64,000 nucleotides of DNA from Christensenellaceae bacterium (GCA_963674535.1 OY771363.1:348719-412718); one strand, 5' to 3'; counted from the first letter of the stretch, positions 16,812 to 26,212 are shown. Notes: generated by a model not told the origin, from the sequence alone. Numbers and translations are program-made.

Positions 16812-17312
16812 ATGAGTGAAGTGCTGACCCATCTGGACGAGCACGGCGCAGCAAGGATGGTGGACGTCTCCGAAAAAGACGTCACCCACCGGGAAGCGCT
16901 GGCCGAAAGCGTTGTGGTGATGAAGCCCGAAACGCTGGAGCTCATCGTCTCCGGCGGCATGCCCAAAGGCGACGTGTTCGCCACGGCGCGCATTGCGGGA
17001 ATCCTCGCGGCCAAGCGCACGAGCGAACTGATACCGCTCTGCCACCCGCTGGCGCTGACGTCCGTCCGCGTCGAGCCCGTGGCCTGCCCGCCGGATCGGG
17101 TACGGATCACCGCCGAGGTGCGCTGCGACGAGAAGACCGGCGTGGAGATGGAAGCGCTGACCGCCGCGAGCGTTGCCGCGCTGACGATTTACGACATGTG
17201 CAAAGCCGTCGACCGGGGTATGGAGATTGTCTGTGTGCGGCTGTTAAAGAAAAGCGGAGGAAAGAGCGGCGTCTTCGAACGCGGAGGCGAAGCATGCGAA
17301 CCGAACGGCTGA
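16812..17312 (+). CDS. moaC: Cyclic pyranopterin monophosphate synthase MoaC
   Basis: [25 protein letters not shown]...[29 protein letters not shown]...[23 protein letters not shown]. Confidence 0.95.
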   Translation: MSEVLTHLDEHGAARMVDVSEKDVTHREALAESVVVMKPETLELIVSGGMPKGDVFATARIAGILAAKRTSELIPLCHPLALTSVRVEPVACPPDRVRITAEVRCDEKTGVEMEALTAASVAALTIYDMCKAVDRGMEIVCVRLLKKSGGKSGVFERGGEACEPNG

Positions 17313-17716
17313 CCCGCGCCGTCGAAAAGGGCGCGCGAGAGATGGTAGGTAAGCTCACGCTGGACGCGGAAAAAGGCGTGCTGGGCGACTACAAGAGCGA
17401 GCAGGACGGCTCGGTGAGCCTGCTTTCCGTTGAAGCGGAGCGGGAAATCCGCCAAAGCGGCGGGCTCTGCACCAGAAAGTTTGCTGCAAACATCGTCACC
17501 AACGGGCTGGACTATGCGCTGCTTTCCGCTGGTACGCGGCTTGGCGCGGGGGATACCTGCGTGCTGGAGATCGTGCGCGTTGGCAAACCCTGTTATGACG
17601 AGTGCCCGATTCACCGCGTGAGCGCGGAGTGCCCGCTGCCGAAGAACTGCGCGTTTGCGCTTACGAGGCAGGGCGGAATCATCCGCGCGGGCGACGAAAT
17701 TCGACTGCTCGACTGA
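17294..17716 (+). CDS. MOSC domain protein (paralogue 1)
   Basis: ATG at 17294 after GGAGG, overlapping the moaC end by 19 nt. The pattern ...[36 protein letters not shown]......CPLP... is MOSC-like. Confidence 0.8.
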   Translation: MRTERLTRAVEKGAREMVGKLTLDAEKGVLGDYKSEQDGSVSLLSVEAEREIRQSGGLCTRKFAANIVTNGLDYALLSAGTRLGAGDTCVLEIVRVGKPCYDECPIHRVSAECPLPKNCAFALTRQGGIIRAGDEIRLLD

Positions 17717-17747
17717 ACACCTTCTTATAGAAAGATTACAAAACCGG

Positions 17748-18698
17748 ATGAACGATCGTTTTGGACGCACCATCGAATACCTCCGCCTGTCGCTGACGGA
17801 ACGCTGCACGCTCAAGTGCTCTTACTGCCGCGCGAGCGAAGGCGTCTGCCCCAAGCAGAGCGAACTTTCGAGCGAAGAATTCCTGCGCATCGTGCGCGCC
17901 TGCGCACTTCTGGGGGTCAAGAAAGTGCGCCTCACCGGCGGGGAGCCGATGCTCAGGCGCGACTTAATCGAGATCATATCCGGCATTCGGGCAATCGACG
18001 GCATTCGTGAGATTACGATGACCACCAACGCCCAGCATCTGCCCGGGCAGTCGGCGGCACTGAAGGCGGTGGGACTCGACCGGCTCAACATCAGCGTGGA
18101 TTCGCTCCGCCCGGAACGGTACGCCGAAATTACCGGCGGAGGAGCGCTGGAAAAGGTGCTTGCTGGCATTGAGGAGGCGCTCGCGGCCGGGTTTACGCCC
18201 ATCAAGCTCAACGCGGTGCTCCTGCGTGGCATCAACGACGACGAAGCGGACGACTTTATCGCGCTCACGAAGGACAGGCCGATCCACATCCGCTTTATCG
18301 AGTATATGCCCATGGGGGACAGCGACCAGGCAACCTTGCGCGTCACCGGCGACGACCTGCTCGCCGCGCGGCCTTATCTGGAGCCGCTGCCGCCGCTGTA
18401 TCCCAGCCAGCCTTCGCGGGATTATCGCCTGCCGGGCGCGGTGGGGCGGGTGGGGCTCATCAACCCCGTTTCGCATCTTTTCTGCTCGCGCTGCAACCGC
18501 GTCCGGGTCATGAGCGACGGCGTACTGCGCCCGTGCCTGGGGGACAATCTGGAGTTTTCGCTCAAGGAAGCGCTGGAAAACGGCGACGACGCGGCGCTGT
18601 TGGAACGCATCCGTTCCGCCGTGTGGGAAAAACCGGAGACGCACGGCTTTGGCGGGCCGTTCTGCACGGACAGAACCATGAGCCGCATCGGCGGATAA
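17748..18698 (+). CDS. moaA: GTP 3',8-cyclase MoaA (radical SAM)
   Basis: MNDRFGRTIEYLRLSLTERCTLKCSYCR (CxxxCxxC), VRLTGGEPMLR, and C-terminal FCSRCNRVRVMSDGVLRPCL. Confidence 0.95.
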   Translation: MNDRFGRTIEYLRLSLTERCTLKCSYCRASEGVCPKQSELSSEEFLRIVRACALLGVKKVRLTGGEPMLRRDLIEIISGIRAIDGIREITMTTNAQHLPGQSAALKAVGLDRLNISVDSLRPERYAEITGGGALEKVLAGIEEALAAGFTPIKLNAVLLRGINDDEADDFIALTKDRPIHIRFIEYMPMGDSDQATLRVTGDDLLAARPYLEPLPPLYPSQPSRDYRLPGAVGRVGLINPVSHLFCSRCNRVRVMSDGVLRPCLGDNLEFSLKEALENGDDAALLERIRSAVWEKPETHGFGGPFCTDRTMSRIGG

Positions 18699-18724
18699 CG
18701 CTCTCTGGAAATAAAGGAGAATAC

Positions 18725-19159
18725 ATGGCAAGTATCGTTTCGATCAATGTCAGCCCAAAGAAGGGCACGTTCAAATACCCCGTCGAGAGTGCACGGCTCA
18801 AAATTGACTTCGGCATCGTGGGGGACGCGCACGCGGGCAACTGGCACCGCCAGATCAGCCTGCTGGCGCAGGAAAGCATCGATAAAATGGCCGCCATGGG
18901 GGTTGACGACCTCGTGCCCGGCAAGTTTGCCGAGAATATCACGACCGAAGGCATCGAGCTGTTTACCCTGCCGGTCGGCACGAAGCTTAAACTGGGAGAC
19001 TGCCTTGTGGAGGTCACACAGATCGGCAAGGAGTGCCACCAGCACTGCGAAATCTACAAAAAGGTTGGCAAGTGCGTCATGCCGCTGGAAGGCGTTTTCG
19101 TCAAGGTGCTCACGGAAGGTGAGATTCACCCCGGCGACGCGGTGGAGATCGTGCGCTGA
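18725..19159 (+). CDS. MOSC domain protein (paralogue 2)
   Basis: MASIVSINVSPKKGT...GIVGDAHAG.WHRQISLLA...FAENITTEGIEL..LPVGTKLKLGD.LVEVTQIGKECHQHCEIY. RBS GGAGAA. Confidence 0.85.
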   Translation: MASIVSINVSPKKGTFKYPVESARLKIDFGIVGDAHAGNWHRQISLLAQESIDKMAAMGVDDLVPGKFAENITTEGIELFTLPVGTKLKLGDCLVEVTQIGKECHQHCEIYKKVGKCVMPLEGVFVKVLTEGEIHPGDAVEIVR

Positions 19160-19187
19160 CGGGAAAGTGCCAAAAAAGCACATAGGT

Positions 19188-19210
19188 GCGGGCGAGGCCC
19201 GCTTTTTTTT
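19188..19210 (+). terminator. Intrinsic terminator
   Basis: GCGGGC-gag-GCCCGC followed by TTTTTTTT. Confidence 0.8.
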
Positions 19211-19284
19211 CACAGAATAAAAATTTTTGAGGAAAGGTGAAAAATACCGTTGTTTTTTCAAAAGAATAATGGTAGGATGAACGC

Positions 19285-20310
19285 ATGAAGCTGATCGATA
19301 CGAAAGACGCCGTGGGGCACATTCTCTGCCACGACCTCACGCGCATCGTTCCCGGCGAGATGAAGGACGCGCAGTTCCGCAAAGGCCACGTTGTGACCGA
19401 AGCGGATATTCCCATGCTGCTCTCGATGGGCAAGGATCACCTTTACGTTTGGGAAGTGGACGAAAACACCCTCCACGAAAACGAAGCCGCCGATCGGCTG
19501 GCTGCGCTCTGCGAAAGCGCGCATATGCGCCGCGGCGACGTTAAGGAAGGTAAAATCGAACTGTTTGCCACCGAGGACGGCGTGTTTCAGGTGGATGTTG
19601 CCCGGCTGGACGCGCTCAACGTGCTCGAGGACGTGATGGTCGCCACGCGGCATACCAACACGGCGGTCAAAGCGGGGGACAAGCTCTGCGGCACGCGGGT
19701 GATCCCGCTCGTGATCGACAAGCGCCGTCTCGAAGAAGCCGAAGCGCTGGTTGGAAGTGAGCCGCTCTTAAAGCTCACCCCGTTCCGCAAAGGGCTGAAA
19801 GCGGGCATTGTCACAACCGGCAGCGAAGTGTTTTACGGGCGCATTGAGGACAAGTTTACCCCCGTTGTCGAGCGGAAGCTCGCGGCGTTTGGCGTAACGG
19901 TTGCGGAAAAGCGCCTTTCGGACGACCAGAGCGCAAACATCGTTGCCGCCATTGACAGCGTCCGCAAAGCGGGCGTGGATATCGTACTCTGCACGGGCGG
20001 CATGAGCGTCGATCCGGACGACCGCACGCCGGGCGCCATTCGCGAAAGCGGCGCGAACATCGTCACCTACGGCGCACCGGTTCTGCCGGGGGCCATGTTT
20101 TTACTGGGCTACTACAACGACGGCATCCCGGTCATGGGTTTACCCGGCTGCGTGATGTACGCCAAAGCCTCCATTTTTGATATCGTGCTGCCGAGAATCG
20201 TCGCGGGAATCCGCTTGCAGCGGAGCGACTTGACCCGGCTCGGCAACGGCGGACTCTGCCTTAACTGCGCGGTCTGCACTTACCCCAACTGCGGCTACGG
20301 CAAGGAATAA
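19285..20310 (+). CDS. Molybdopterin-binding (MoCF-biosynthesis / MoeA-like) domain protein with a Cys-rich C-terminus
   Basis: GIVTTGSEVFYGRIEDKF...VDIVLCTGGMSVDPDDRTP...GAPVLPGAMFLLGY is a MoaB/MogA/MoeA-type MPT-binding fold. The C-terminal tail is GGLCLNCAVCTYPNCGYG. Confidence 0.75.
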   Translation: MKLIDTKDAVGHILCHDLTRIVPGEMKDAQFRKGHVVTEADIPMLLSMGKDHLYVWEVDENTLHENEAADRLAALCESAHMRRGDVKEGKIELFATEDGVFQVDVARLDALNVLEDVMVATRHTNTAVKAGDKLCGTRVIPLVIDKRRLEEAEALVGSEPLLKLTPFRKGLKAGIVTTGSEVFYGRIEDKFTPVVERKLAAFGVTVAEKRLSDDQSANIVAAIDSVRKAGVDIVLCTGGMSVDPDDRTPGAIRESGANIVTYGAPVLPGAMFLLGYYNDGIPVMGLPGCVMYAKASIFDIVLPRIVAGIRLQRSDLTRLGNGGLCLNCAVCTYPNCGYGKE

Positions 20311-20435
20311 TACGCAAACAGAACGAACAGACAGCCTCCCGTTGCCGGTAAACTGGATGGAACCCGCAAAGCAGTCGATAGCTTTGCGTTCCAAATAGAA
20401 AAGTGAAGCAAACAACAGGAGGAAAAGGTACCCTT

Positions 20436-21356
20436 ATGAAGAAACTCATCGCATTGCTGATGACGGTGTTACTGATTCTTTCGTTTGCCGCATGTGCGCA
20501 AACGACCGAACCCGCGGCCACGGAAGCGCCCGCCGCGACCGAAGAAGCCATTGCCACGGAAGCGCCCGCAGTGGAAGAACCCGCAGCCACCGCGGCTCCG
20601 CTGGAAGCGGCAGAAGTGCAGCTCTTTATCGCGGCAAGCCTCGAAGGCGCGTTCAAGGAGATCATCCCGCTCTATAGCGCAGCGCAGCCGAACGTTACCA
20701 TTACCTACAACGCGGACAGCTCCGGCAAGCTGCTGACCCAGGTGAAGGAAGGCTTTGCCTGCGACGTATTTTTCTCGGCCGCGACCTCGCAGGTCAAGAC
20801 GTTGGACGAAGAAGGCTTTATGATTCCCGGCACGCGCGTAGACCTGCTCTGCAACAAGCTCGTGCTCGTTACCCTCAAGGGCAGCGGCACGGCGGTAACC
20901 GGCTTTGCGGATCTCGCAAACGCCAAGAGCATCGCTCTTGCGGACGGCAGCGTCCCCGCGGGCAAGTACGCGCGTCAGGTGCTGATTAACCTCGGCATCC
21001 TCGACGGCAGCAAGGCCGCCGCGGACTACACCACGGCGGAAGTTTCCGCAGCCCTCGGCGGCGTGGAAATCAACGAGTGCAGCAGCGTCAGCAAGGTTAA
21101 GGAGGCCGTCAAGGAAGGCTCCAACGAAGTCGGTCTCGTGTATTATTCGGACGCGTATTCGATCAAGGACGATGTGGATATCCTTGAAACGGCGGACTCT
21201 ACGCTGACGGGCAATATCATCTACCCGGTCTGCCGCGTGAACAACGCTGAAGCGACGGCCGCCGAGACGGCCGCCGCGGACGACTTTGTCGCGTTCCTGC
21301 AGACGGATGCGGTCAAGGCGATCTTCGAAAAATTCATGTTCGTCATTTACGAATAA
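20436..21356 (+). CDS. modA: Molybdate ABC transporter substrate-binding lipoprotein
   Basis: MKKLIALLMTVLLILSFAAC lipobox, then LFIAASLEGAF..., DVFFSAA and ALADGSVPAGKYARQ. RBS AGGAGGAAAAGG. Confidence 0.9.
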   Translation: MKKLIALLMTVLLILSFAACAQTTEPAATEAPAATEEAIATEAPAVEEPAATAAPLEAAEVQLFIAASLEGAFKEIIPLYSAAQPNVTITYNADSSGKLLTQVKEGFACDVFFSAATSQVKTLDEEGFMIPGTRVDLLCNKLVLVTLKGSGTAVTGFADLANAKSIALADGSVPAGKYARQVLINLGILDGSKAAADYTTAEVSAALGGVEINECSSVSKVKEAVKEGSNEVGLVYYSDAYSIKDDVDILETADSTLTGNIIYPVCRVNNAEATAAETAAADDFVAFLQTDAVKAIFEKFMFVIYE

Positions 21357-21412
21357 GCGACCCTCCGCAACGTTCGTAATGTAAGGCGCGCCGCTTTCAG
21401 CGGTTCGCCGGG

Positions 21413-21449
21413 TGCCCGCCGTCATGCGGTTTGGCGGCGGGCATTTTTT
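21413..21449 (+). terminator. Intrinsic terminator/attenuator between modA and modB
   Basis: TGCCCGCCG-loop-CGGCGGGCA followed by TTTTTT. Confidence 0.7.
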
Positions 21450-21544
21450 CTTTCATCTGCGGATTGCCGCCGTGTGAAAAGGCGTCCGGTCTTGGCGCAA
21501 AATATGGTATGATGAAGCATCGGTAAGCCCCGAAGGAGCAAGCC

Positions 21545-22249
21545 ATGGATCAACTGCTCGACATCTTAAAATCGCTGGACTACAGCCCGCTCTGGATCTC
21601 GCTCAAAACGGGCGTGGTCGCAACGGTGCTGTGCTTTTTTCTGGGCATCTGGGCGGCGCGGGGCGTCATGCATATGGGAAAGCGCGCCAAAGCCGTCGTG
21701 GACGGGCTCTTGACGCTGCCCATGGTGCTGCCGCCGACGGTTGCGGGCTTCTTTCTCTTGCTCATCTTCAGTTTGCGCCGTCCGGTCGGCACGTTTCTTT
21801 ACGCGACGTTTTCCATCAAGGTTGTGCAAAGTTGGCTTGGCTGCATCCTTGCCGCGAGCGTGATTGCGCTGCCGCTGATGTACCGCAACGCGCGCGCCGC
21901 GTTCGAGCAGGTGGATATTGAGCTCATCTACGCCGCGCGGACGCTCGGCATGTCCGAACGAAAGATCTTCTGGCGCGTGGCGCTGCCTTCCGCGGGGCCG
22001 GGCGTGGTCAGCGGAACGATACTGACGTTTGCGCGCGCCCTTGGCGAATACGGCGCCACCAGCATGCTGGCGGGCAACATCGCGGGCAAAACGGGAACGA
22101 TCTCCCAGCGTATCGCCATGGTGATTCAAAACGGCGACTATCTCACCGCGGGCGTTTGGGTCGTGGTGATCCTGATCATTTCGTTTGCCATCGTCGCGGC
22201 GATGAACCTGTTTGCGGACGCGAAGCTCAAGAACGTTAAGAAATGGTAG
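21545..22249 (+). CDS. modB: Molybdate ABC transporter permease
   Basis: PLWISLKTG...LPMVLPPTVAGFFLL...EQVD.ELIYAARTLG.SE..IFWRV.LP...PG. Confidence 0.95.
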   Translation: MDQLLDILKSLDYSPLWISLKTGVVATVLCFFLGIWAARGVMHMGKRAKAVVDGLLTLPMVLPPTVAGFFLLLIFSLRRPVGTFLYATFSIKVVQSWLGCILAASVIALPLMYRNARAAFEQVDIELIYAARTLGMSERKIFWRVALPSAGPGVVSGTILTFARALGEYGATSMLAGNIAGKTGTISQRIAMVIQNGDYLTAGVWVVVILIISFAIVAAMNLFADAKLKNVKKW

Positions 22250-22294
22250 ACTAAAACCAAAGCAAAACATTGATTAAGAGGAACAATCCACCCG

Positions 22295-23350
22295 ATGGCA
22301 CTGGAAGTATCGATTCTGAAAAAACTGGAAGGCTTTACGCTGGACGTGTCGTTTACCGCCGAACCGGGCGTAACGGCGCTGCTCGGCGCTTCCGGCAGCG
22401 GCAAAAGCATGACGCTTAGGTGCATCGCGGGTGTGGAAAAGCCGGACGCGGGGAGAATCGCCCTCGACGGCAGGGTATTATACGATTCATCTCGAAAGAT
22501 CGACCTGCCGCCGCAAACCCGGCGCGTGGGATATCTGTTTCAGCGGTACGCGCTGTTTCCCAACATGACGGTGTTGCAGAATATTGAAGCGGGACTTTCG
22601 CTGGAGCATGAAAAAGCGGTTCGGCATCAGAAGCGCGAGAGTCTGATTCACCGCTTCCACCTCGAAGGGTTGGAGCGCCGCTACCCGCGCGAGCTTTCCG
22701 GCGGGCAGATGCAGCGCGTTGCGCTCTGCCGCATGCTCGCGGGCGAGCCGGAGGCGATTTTACTGGACGAGCCGTTCGCCGCGCTGGACAGTTTTTTGCG
22801 CTGGCAGCTGGAACGCGAGGTAAAGAATACGCTTGCTGAGTTTAGCGGCGTATCTCTTCTCGTTTCCCACGACCGGGGCGAGGTCTACCGCATGAGCGAG
22901 CGCGTTTGCGTGCTCGGCGGCGGAAAGAGCGAACAGGTCACCAGCACGCGCGCGCTCTTTGAGCACCCGCGCACCGTGCAGAGCGCGCTGATCTCCGGCT
23001 GCAAGAACGTCTCGAGCGCCGAGATGGCGGGGGATGAAACGGTCTTTGTGCCGGACTGGAACGCGCAACTGGCCTGCGAACCCGCCGAAGGCCGAAAGGT
23101 GACGCACGCGGGGATTCGCGCGCACTACATTTTGCCTTGCGAAAACGACGTGGAAAACGCGCTGTTCTGCCGCGTGGAAGACGCCGCGGAGGACGTGTTT
23201 TCCTGCGTACTGACCCTGCGCCCCCAAGGCGCGGCGGGGACGCTCCGCGTGGAGCTGGCAAAGGAAACGGCAAAACCGTTCCCCGTCGGCGCGGAAGCAT
23301 TTTTCGCGCTCCCCAAATCGGCAGTCATGCTGCTTTCGGAGAGAGAGTAA
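22295..23350 (+). CDS. modC: Molybdate ABC transporter ATP-binding protein with a C-terminal TOBE-like domain
   Basis: Walker A GASGSGKSMT, signature LSGGQMQRVAL, Walker B ILLDEP, and an extra C-terminal ~120 aa. Confidence 0.9.
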   Translation: MALEVSILKKLEGFTLDVSFTAEPGVTALLGASGSGKSMTLRCIAGVEKPDAGRIALDGRVLYDSSRKIDLPPQTRRVGYLFQRYALFPNMTVLQNIEAGLSLEHEKAVRHQKRESLIHRFHLEGLERRYPRELSGGQMQRVALCRMLAGEPEAILLDEPFAALDSFLRWQLEREVKNTLAEFSGVSLLVSHDRGEVYRMSERVCVLGGGKSEQVTSTRALFEHPRTVQSALISGCKNVSSAEMAGDETVFVPDWNAQLACEPAEGRKVTHAGIRAHYILPCENDVENALFCRVEDAAEDVFSCVLTLRPQGAAGTLRVELAKETAKPFPVGAEAFFALPKSAVMLLSERE

Positions 23351-23362
23351 CTTCTTTTTCTT

Positions 23363-23477
23363 GGGGACTCCGTCCCCACTCCCCTGCTCAGGGGCAAGCC
23401 CTGAGAACCCCATCGTAACGTAGGGTTTCCAAAGGGACGAATGTCCCTTTGGCGGGAGTTCGAGGGTGGAACCCTCG
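23363..23477 (+). repeat. GC-rich modular hairpin repeat, family 1, copy B
   Basis: GGGGACtccGTCCCC, CTCAGGGgcaagCCCTGAG, CCAAAGGGACgaatGTCCCTTTGG and CGAGGGtggaaCCCTCG, starting directly after the modC stop. Confidence 0.6.
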
Positions 23478-23514
23478 GTAAAAAACTTAAAATTATTCTC
23501 CGGGAGGAAGAGCT

Positions 23515-24015
23515 ATGTTTAAGGCGTCCGTTATTACGGTAAGTGACAAAGGCTATGCGGGCGAACGCGAGGATACCGCAGGCCCGCTGGCAGCCAGTAT
23601 GCTCCGCGAAGCGGGGTACGACGTTCTGACCATCTCCATTGTGCCGGACGAGCGGCCGCTCATCGAGGCGGAACTGCGCCGCCATGCCGACGAGCTGGGC
23701 GCGGCGCTGATCCTCACCACGGGCGGTACTGGCTTTTCCAAGCGCGACGTTACGCCGGAGGCGACCATTGCGGTCTGCGAGCGGCTCGTACCGGGCATAC
23801 CGGAAGCGATGCGCGCCTACTGCCTGCCCATTACGAACCGCGCCATGCTCTCCAGAGCTGCGGCAGGTCTCTACCGCGAAACGCTGATTGTCAACCTGCC
23901 GGGCAGTCCCAAGGCGGTCAAGGAAAACCTGGCTCCCGTATTGCCTGCGCTGGAGCACGGGCTATGCATGTTGCTGGGCACAAAGAACGAATGCGCCAGC
24001 GAACCGAGAAAGTAA
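23515..24015 (+). CDS. mog: MogA/MoaB-family molybdopterin adenylyltransferase
   Basis: ASVITVSDKGYAGEREDTAGP...LILTTGGTGFSKRDVTPEAT...PG.PEAMR...LIVNLPGSPKA. Confidence 0.9.
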   Translation: MFKASVITVSDKGYAGEREDTAGPLAASMLREAGYDVLTISIVPDERPLIEAELRRHADELGAALILTTGGTGFSKRDVTPEATIAVCERLVPGIPEAMRAYCLPITNRAMLSRAAAGLYRETLIVNLPGSPKAVKENLAPVLPALEHGLCMLLGTKNECASEPRK

Positions 24016-24020
24016 CGCGC

Positions 24021-24052
24021 AAAAAAACGCGCCCCGATTGGGACGCGTTTTT
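24021..24052. terminator. Bidirectional terminator between mog (+) and the 24065 gene (-)
   Basis: AAAAAAACGCGCCCC-gatt-GGGACGCGTTTTT. Confidence 0.6.
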
Positions 24053-24064
24053 CGTATCTTGCTG

Positions 24065-24439
24065 TCAGACGCTCAGCGGAACGCCTACGTAGCTCGAGGT
24101 GTCGAACCCCAGAATGCAGTAGAAGATCACGGCCAGGAAGATCAGCCCGACGGCGAACCCGCCGCTGCGGTTGAAGGCTCTTGCAAGCTTGACCATCGTA
24201 ATGATGTAGATTACGAAGTTGGCAACGGGAATCAACAGCAAAAGGAACATCCAGCCGTTGCCCCAGGTGATCTTAAAGAGCACATAGGCGTTGTAGAACG
24301 GGATGATCGCCGCCCAACCGGGCTCTCCGGCCTTTTCGAAGACCTTCCACATGCCGATAATCGCCAACACGGCTACCGCACAACCGAGGAAGGAAGCGCT
24401 CATCCAATACCACGGGAATATCCGTTCAAAATAATACAT
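24065..24439 (-). CDS. Small membrane protein, DUF5684-like
   Basis: WKVFEKAGEPGWAAIIPFYNAYVLFKITWGNGW..LLLLIP.ANFV is the pattern I associate with DUF5684. Start MYYFERI after AGGAGGG. Confidence 0.6.
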   Translation of the reverse strand: MYYFERIFPWYWMSASFLGCAVAVLAIIGMWKVFEKAGEPGWAAIIPFYNAYVLFKITWGNGWMFLLLLIPVANFVIYIITMVKLARAFNRSGGFAVGLIFLAVIFYCILGFDTSSYVGVPLSV

Positions 24440-24632
24440 ATACAGTTCCCTCCTGCGTATTTGATAATAACAATATAGCATGAAACATGCACCGTGAAAA
24501 GATGGACAGACTGTCCATTATTGAGCAAAAGAGGTGATTTCGCCTTTGAATTTCGCAACAAGTGTTGATTAAAACCGGTAGAAAGCGTATTCTTTAGTCG
24601 AACACTTCAAATTGCATAAAGGGAGGCAGATC

Positions 24633-25274
24633 ATGTCGGACTATTCGCTCAGCGCATTATCCATTTTGCGCAATCCGCAGCTCACGCTTAAGTGGTACGT
24701 TGTGCCGCTGCTGCTGGTCGTGATGTACATCTACACAAAAGAAGCGCACGAAAAGAACTGGAACGTCATCCTCGGCGGCATCGCGCTCTGGGGGATGGAC
24801 CTGTTCAACGAAATCTGGAACAGTATCGTATTTCACGCAACCAACTTTGCGCCCGTCTGGGGCACGCCAATGGGCATTGGTGACACGGCGCTGCTGATTC
24901 TGATCGGCTACAACATTGAGATTTCGTTCATGTTTGCCATGATGGGCATTATGGCGTGCCTCTCGCTGCCAAAGGATCCGAAGCAGAAGATCCTCGGCAT
25001 CAACAACCGCGTGTTCCTCGCCGTGGTGTATACGACGCTCGCGGTCGTCGTGGAGTGCTTCCTGAATTACTCCGGGCTGCTGACCTGGGAGTATCCGTGG
25101 TGGAGCCTGAAGTGCCCGTATCTGATCTGGCTGATTGGCTACCTGCCGTTCTTTACGATGGCGTTTGTCGTCCACGACATGAAGAAGATGAAGAACAAGA
25201 TTCTGGCGCTCGGCATCATCTTTGGTGTGGATATCGTCCTGCTGGTCGTCTTCGGCCTTATGGGCTGGATGTAA
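24633..25274 (+). CDS. Polytopic membrane protein of unknown function
   Basis: About six hydrophobic helices. RBS AGGGAGG. No motif I recognise. Confidence 0.6.
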   Translation: MSDYSLSALSILRNPQLTLKWYVVPLLLVVMYIYTKEAHEKNWNVILGGIALWGMDLFNEIWNSIVFHATNFAPVWGTPMGIGDTALLILIGYNIEISFMFAMMGIMACLSLPKDPKQKILGINNRVFLAVVYTTLAVVVECFLNYSGLLTWEYPWWSLKCPYLIWLIGYLPFFTMAFVVHDMKKMKNKILALGIIFGVDIVLLVVFGLMGWM

Positions 25275-25287
25275 GGGAAAAAGCGCA

Positions 25288-25320
25288 AAGACCCCGCCTG
25301 CCGGCGGGGTCTTTGTTTTT
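25288..25320 (+). terminator. Intrinsic terminator
   Basis: GACCCCGCC-tgcc-GGCGGGGTC followed by TTTGTTTTT. Confidence 0.75.
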
Positions 25321-25380
25321 GTAGGGTTTCCAAAGGGACGACTGTCCCTTTGGCAGGAGTTTGAGGGCAGCGCCCTCATG
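25321..25380 (+). repeat. GC-rich modular hairpin repeat, family 1, copy C (modules H3+H4)
   Basis: gtagggttt-CCAAAGGGACgactGTCCCTTTGG-caggagtt-TGAGGGcagcgCCCTCA. Confidence 0.6.
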
Positions 25381-25382
25381 AT

Positions 25383-26153
25383 TTAGAGTTCTATCCCGTA
25401 GAGCCGCATGGCGTTGGCGAAGGTCGCTTCGGCGGCTTGCTCGGCGGAGATGCCGCGCACGTTCGCCAGCATTTCCAGCGTCAGGTGCAGTAACCGTGGA
25501 TCGTTGCGGGTGCCCCGGTGCGGTTCCGGCGTCATGTACGGACAGTCCGTTTCGATTACGATTCGTTCCAGCGGCAGCTTTTCCGCAATGGAGCGCTGCT
25601 TAACGGCGTTCTTGAACGTCAGCGCCCCGCCAAAGGCGATATGGAATCCCATGTCGATATACCGCACCGCGTCCTCGTAACTGCCGGAGTAGCAGTGCAA
25701 AACGCCCGTGAGTTTTCCGCACCGTTCGGAAAGCAGCGCCATCACGTCCCCATGCGCCTCGCGGTCGTGGATGACGACGGGCTTTTTGGCGGCAATGGCC
25801 ATATCCAACTGCGCGGCAAAGGCTTCCCGCTGCACTTCGCGAGGAGAAAAATCGTAGTGGTAGTCCAGCCCGATCTCGCCGACGGCAAGGATTTTCGACT
25901 GTTTGAGCGCGCGCTCGACGGCGAGAAGGTTCGCTTCCGTTGCGGAATCCGCCGAGTGCGGGTGGATGCCCGCGCTGCCGAACACGTGGTCATACAGCAT
26001 GACCAGCGCGGTGATCTTCGGTATGTCGCCCGCTTCCGTGCAGGCTTCCAGAAACCCCGCGACGCCGTGCTCCGGCAGGGCGGGGATGATTTCGTTGCGG
26101 TCGTGGTCAAACTGCGCGTCCAAGAGGTGCGCATGGGTATCGAATAGCTTCAT
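25383..26153 (-). CDS. tatD: TatD-family metal-dependent hydrolase
   Basis: MKLFDTHAHL..., AVGEIGLDYHY, PVVIHDREAH and IVIETDCPYMTP. Confidence 0.9.
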   Translation of the reverse strand: MKLFDTHAHLLDAQFDHDRNEIIPALPEHGVAGFLEACTEAGDIPKITALVMLYDHVFGSAGIHPHSADSATEANLLAVERALKQSKILAVGEIGLDYHYDFSPREVQREAFAAQLDMAIAAKKPVVIHDREAHGDVMALLSERCGKLTGVLHCYSGSYEDAVRYIDMGFHIAFGGALTFKNAVKQRSIAEKLPLERIVIETDCPYMTPEPHRGTRNDPRLLHLTLEMLANVRGISAEQAAEATFANAMRLYGIEL

Positions 26154-26212
26154 TTCTTATGTTCCGTTTCTAATTTGCTGTGTTTTTACGCTTGTCGCGT
26201 GGGAGTGGGCTG

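Noticed and set aside
20311-20435. A possible Moco riboswitch upstream of modA. The stretch GCCUCCCGUUGCCGGUAAACUGGAUGGAA loosely recalls the 3' part of the E. coli moaA Moco motif, and a GGAAC(C)CGCAAAGC...GCTTTGCGTTCC hairpin follows.
   Set aside because: The 5' helices that the motif requires would have to lie inside the preceding CDS, and I cannot find them. The resemblance is a short stretch recalled from memory. It needs cmsearch with RF01055 before any claim.
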